Below, in pieces: positions 61,798-64,000 of a stretch of DNA of 64,000 nucleotides. The DNA is from Actinomycetota bacterium (lineage in GTDB: Bacteria; Actinomycetota; Aquicultoria; UBA3085; Oleimmundimicrobiaceae): assembly GCA_030017835.1 (NCBI GenBank), contig JASEGU010000002.1, forward strand, positions 29,248 to 93,247, read 5' to 3'. The notes below the pieces were generated by a model. It was given only the letters and a program-made list of their open reading frames with translations, had not been told where the DNA came from and made no database searches. Both the position numbers and the translations under genes were made by a program. Position 1 is the stretch's first letter; every line of letters begins with the position of its first letter.

Positions 61798-63303
61798 CTA
61801 AACGACCTCTTTTAAAAATTCAAAAGCGACTTCCCTGTCTATAAACGGGATAGTCTTGCCCTTAAATGTCTGCCCGGTTTCGTGACCTTTGCCCGCTATA
61901 AGCACAACATCGCCGCCATAAGCCTCTCTGATGGCCAACCCTATAGCCTTACGCCTGTCGGGTACGACAAGAAAGTTATTTGAACCGGCGCCTTTTGCGC
62001 CTTTGAGAATCTCAGAAATTATCGCCTCAGGCTCTTCGCTTCTTGGATTATCAGAGGTGATTATGGCTAGATCAGCCATTTCAGCTGCTATTCTTCCCAT
62101 CAGGGGACGTTTTTTTCTATCCCTATCTCCTCCACAACCGAAAACAACTATAACCTGGCCAGCCGTTATCTCTCTTGCGTTCTTTATCAACTTCTCAAGA
62201 CCGTCGGGGGTATGGGCGTAATCGACGTAGACCCCAAAGCTCTGGCCAAGATCGACTCTCTCGAACCGGCCGGGAACACTGTCAAGTGCTTCGATGCCTG
62301 CCTTTATATTTTTAGGGTCGAGACCTAAGGCGATTCCAGCACCAAAAGATGCGAGCGCGTTAGATACGTTGAAGAGTCCATTCAGTTTGAGGTTGATATC
62401 GATCTCTCCTCCATTAAAGGAGAGTCTAAAACTTGTGCCATCCCCATTTAAAACCATGTCATGGCCGCGTATATCGGCCGGTTCATTCAGGCCGAAGGTC
62501 ATGACGTTATCGAAGTCTTTGGCCAGTCTCTTGCCAAAATCGTCATCGATGTTGATCACCTTAATGGAGGCGGGGTTCTTCTTAAAAAACTTCCGCTTTG
62601 CCATGGAATAGCTCTCCATATCGCCGTGATAGTCTAGGTGGTCTTGAGTCAGATTTGTAAAGACAGTGACATCGAACTCTATGCCATGCGTCCTTTTTAA
62701 GTCAACCGCGTGAGAGGAGACCTCTATCGTGGCGTGGCTGAGGCCTTCACCCAACATCTCGCTAAAGAGCTTCTGCAAATCGTAAGATTCTGGCGTCGTC
62801 CTTCCAGCAGCAAGTCTCTTTTTGCCCAAGCGATACTCGATGGTTCCAATAAGACCAGACTTAATCTTCTCGGCATCAAGTATGCTTCTGACCAAGTAGG
62901 CCGTGGTGGTCTTTCCATTGGTTCCAGTTATGCCGACGATTTTAAGCCTTGATGTCGGGTTATCGAATCTAAGGGAGGAGAGAACTGCCAGAGCAAGCCT
63001 TGAATCTGCTACCATTATCTGGGTAATCTCAGGGGAGAGATCTTGCCAGGACTCAGTAATGACGCAGACAGCTCCCCTGTCTATGGCGTCCTTGATGAAG
63101 TCATGCCCATCCTTTTCGTGCCCCTTTATGGCAACAAAAACATTTCCCGGGCCAACGGTTCTTGAGTCATAGGAGATGTCTCTGATTATATGATTTAAGT
63201 CTCCCTCAACCTTCTCAACATCCAAGAGTTTGAGAGCATACTTTAAGTTGAACAAATCTATCACCATATCAAGATTGATTTTAACACAGCAGGTGAATAT
63301 CAC
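61798..63303 (-). CDS. murE: UDP-MurNAc-L-Ala-D-Glu--2,6-diaminopimelate (or L-Lys) ligase. The start may be the internal Met at 63267.
   Basis: The Mur ligase P-loop GTNGKTTTA and the conserved dcw order. Confidence 0.9.
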   Translation of the reverse strand: MIFTCCVKINLDMVIDLFNLKYALKLLDVEKVEGDLNHIIRDISYDSRTVGPGNVFVAIKGHEKDGHDFIKDAIDRGAVCVITESWQDLSPEITQIMVADSRLALAVLSSLRFDNPTSRLKIVGITGTNGKTTTAYLVRSILDAEKIKSGLIGTIEYRLGKKRLAAGRTTPESYDLQKLFSEMLGEGLSHATIEVSSHAVDLKRTHGIEFDVTVFTNLTQDHLDYHGDMESYSMAKRKFFKKNPASIKVINIDDDFGKRLAKDFDNVMTFGLNEPADIRGHDMVLNGDGTSFRLSFNGGEIDINLKLNGLFNVSNALASFGAGIALGLDPKNIKAGIEALDSVPGRFERVDLGQSFGVYVDYAHTPDGLEKLIKNAREITAGQVIVVFGCGGDRDRKKRPLMGRIAAEMADLAIITSDNPRSEEPEAIISEILKGAKGAGSNNFLVVPDRRKAIGLAIREAYGGDVVLIAGKGHETGQTFKGKTIPFIDREVAFEFLKEVV

Positions 63304-63315
63304 TCTAGGGAAAGA

Positions 63316-64000
63316 TCAGTTTGGAGGAGCTTTAAGCCTGCGAAGAGTAAATTCAGCCAGGTTTTTAAAGACGGGTGCCGCAACCGTTCCACCGTATATA
63401 GAGTCCTTTGGCTCATCCAAGACCACTATTATCGCGACCCTTGGGTCATCTGCAGGAGCATAGCCGACGAAAGAGGCGACGTATTTGCCCTTCTCATAGC
63501 CCAGGCCGTTTGCGCTTGGTTTCTGGGCCGTTCCGGTCTTTCCGCAAACCCGGTAGTCAACCAACTTTGCGTTGACTCCAGTTCCACTCAGGACGGTCTC
63601 TTCCATAATCTTTCCGATTTTGGCGGCCGTTCTGGCCGATATCGCCTTTTTACCGGAATCGGCTACCCTACCCACGGGATCTCCCGATGCTTCTGTAACC
63701 TCTTTAACAAAGTGGGGCCTTGTGAGCGTACCCTCATTTGCGATGGCAGCCACGGCTTGAATAACTTGAAGGCTGGTTGCTGATATCCCCTGCCCAAAAG
63801 GTATGTTTCCAATGGCCGATCCATACCACTTATCGGGAGGAGGAACGAAGCCGGTCGCCTCGCCTGGAAAATCGACCCTCGTTTTTTTCGAAAACCCAAA
63901 GTCGATTAGATATTTATATAGATTATCTTTGCCCAGTCCTTCTCCGATTTTAACAGCGCCCACATTGCTGGAGTCGGTTATTATCCTGCTGAAGGTGAAC
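63316..64000 (-). CDS. ftsI: Class B penicillin-binding protein (FtsI-like transpeptidase), C-terminal part; it continues beyond the window end
   Basis: The KTG motif (CGKTGTAQK) of the transpeptidase domain. The reading frame is open to the window edge. Confidence 0.8.
   Translation of the reverse strand, partial: FTFSRIITDSSNVGAVKIGEGLGKDNLYKYLIDFGFSKKTRVDFPGEATGFVPPPDKWYGSAIGNIPFGQGISATSLQVIQAVAAIANEGTLTRPHFVKEVTEASGDPVGRVADSGKKAISARTAAKIGKIMEETVLSGTGVNAKLVDYRVCGKTGTAQKPSANGLGYEKGKYVASFVGYAPADDPRVAIIVVLDEPKDSIYGGTVAAPVFKNLAEFTLRRLKAPPN

Overview
The window is a 64 kb block of conserved core-genome housekeeping genes from a Gram-positive-type bacterium with roughly 50% GC. Every gene but one lies on the minus strand, consistent with leading-strand co-orientation. 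Reading from high to low coordinates, the minus strand carries these clusters. (1) A dcw cell-wall and division cluster: ftsI (partial), murE, murF, mraY, murD, ftsW, murG, murC, murB, ftsQ, ftsZ. It has no ftsA and no ddl. (2) The ylm block: pgeF/ylmD, yggS/ylmE, sepF, proC, yggT, divIVA, a DUF167 gene, then ileS. (3) A DksA/TraR-family gene, lspA, lgt, rluD. (4) rpsB, tsf, pyrH, frr, uppS, cdsA, dxr, rseP, ispG, then an archaeal-type proS. (5) A family-2 glycosyltransferase, rimP, nusA, ylxR, infB, a DUF503 gene, rbfA, a DHH phosphoesterase, truB, ribF, rpsO, pnp. (6) An M16 peptidase, dapB, dapA, rnj, uppP, ftsK, rodZ, yajQ, rimO, pgsA, cinA, thpR, recA, recX, rny. (7) An uncharacterised GHKL ATPase, a PHP phosphoesterase, zupT. 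(8) A degraded carotenoid remnant: a CrtI/CrtN-type desaturase pseudogene convergent with a partial CrtB/HpnD-type synthase on the plus strand. The single plus-strand gene, at 40592-41722, encodes a Cas4/AddB-like PD-(D/E)XK Fe-S nuclease with an extra C-terminal domain. It has a near-consensus sigma-70 promoter whose spacer contains a Firmicutes-type LexA (Cheo) box. A second, perfect Cheo box sits in the recA promoter spacer and overlaps the thpR stop codon. I found no rRNA, tRNA or CRISPR array and no obvious mobile element. I also see no multi-gene novel system. The best candidates for something new are the SOS-boxed nuclease, the GHKL-ATPase/PHP pair downstream of rny, the structured AT-rich rny leader and the Cys/His tail on NusA.
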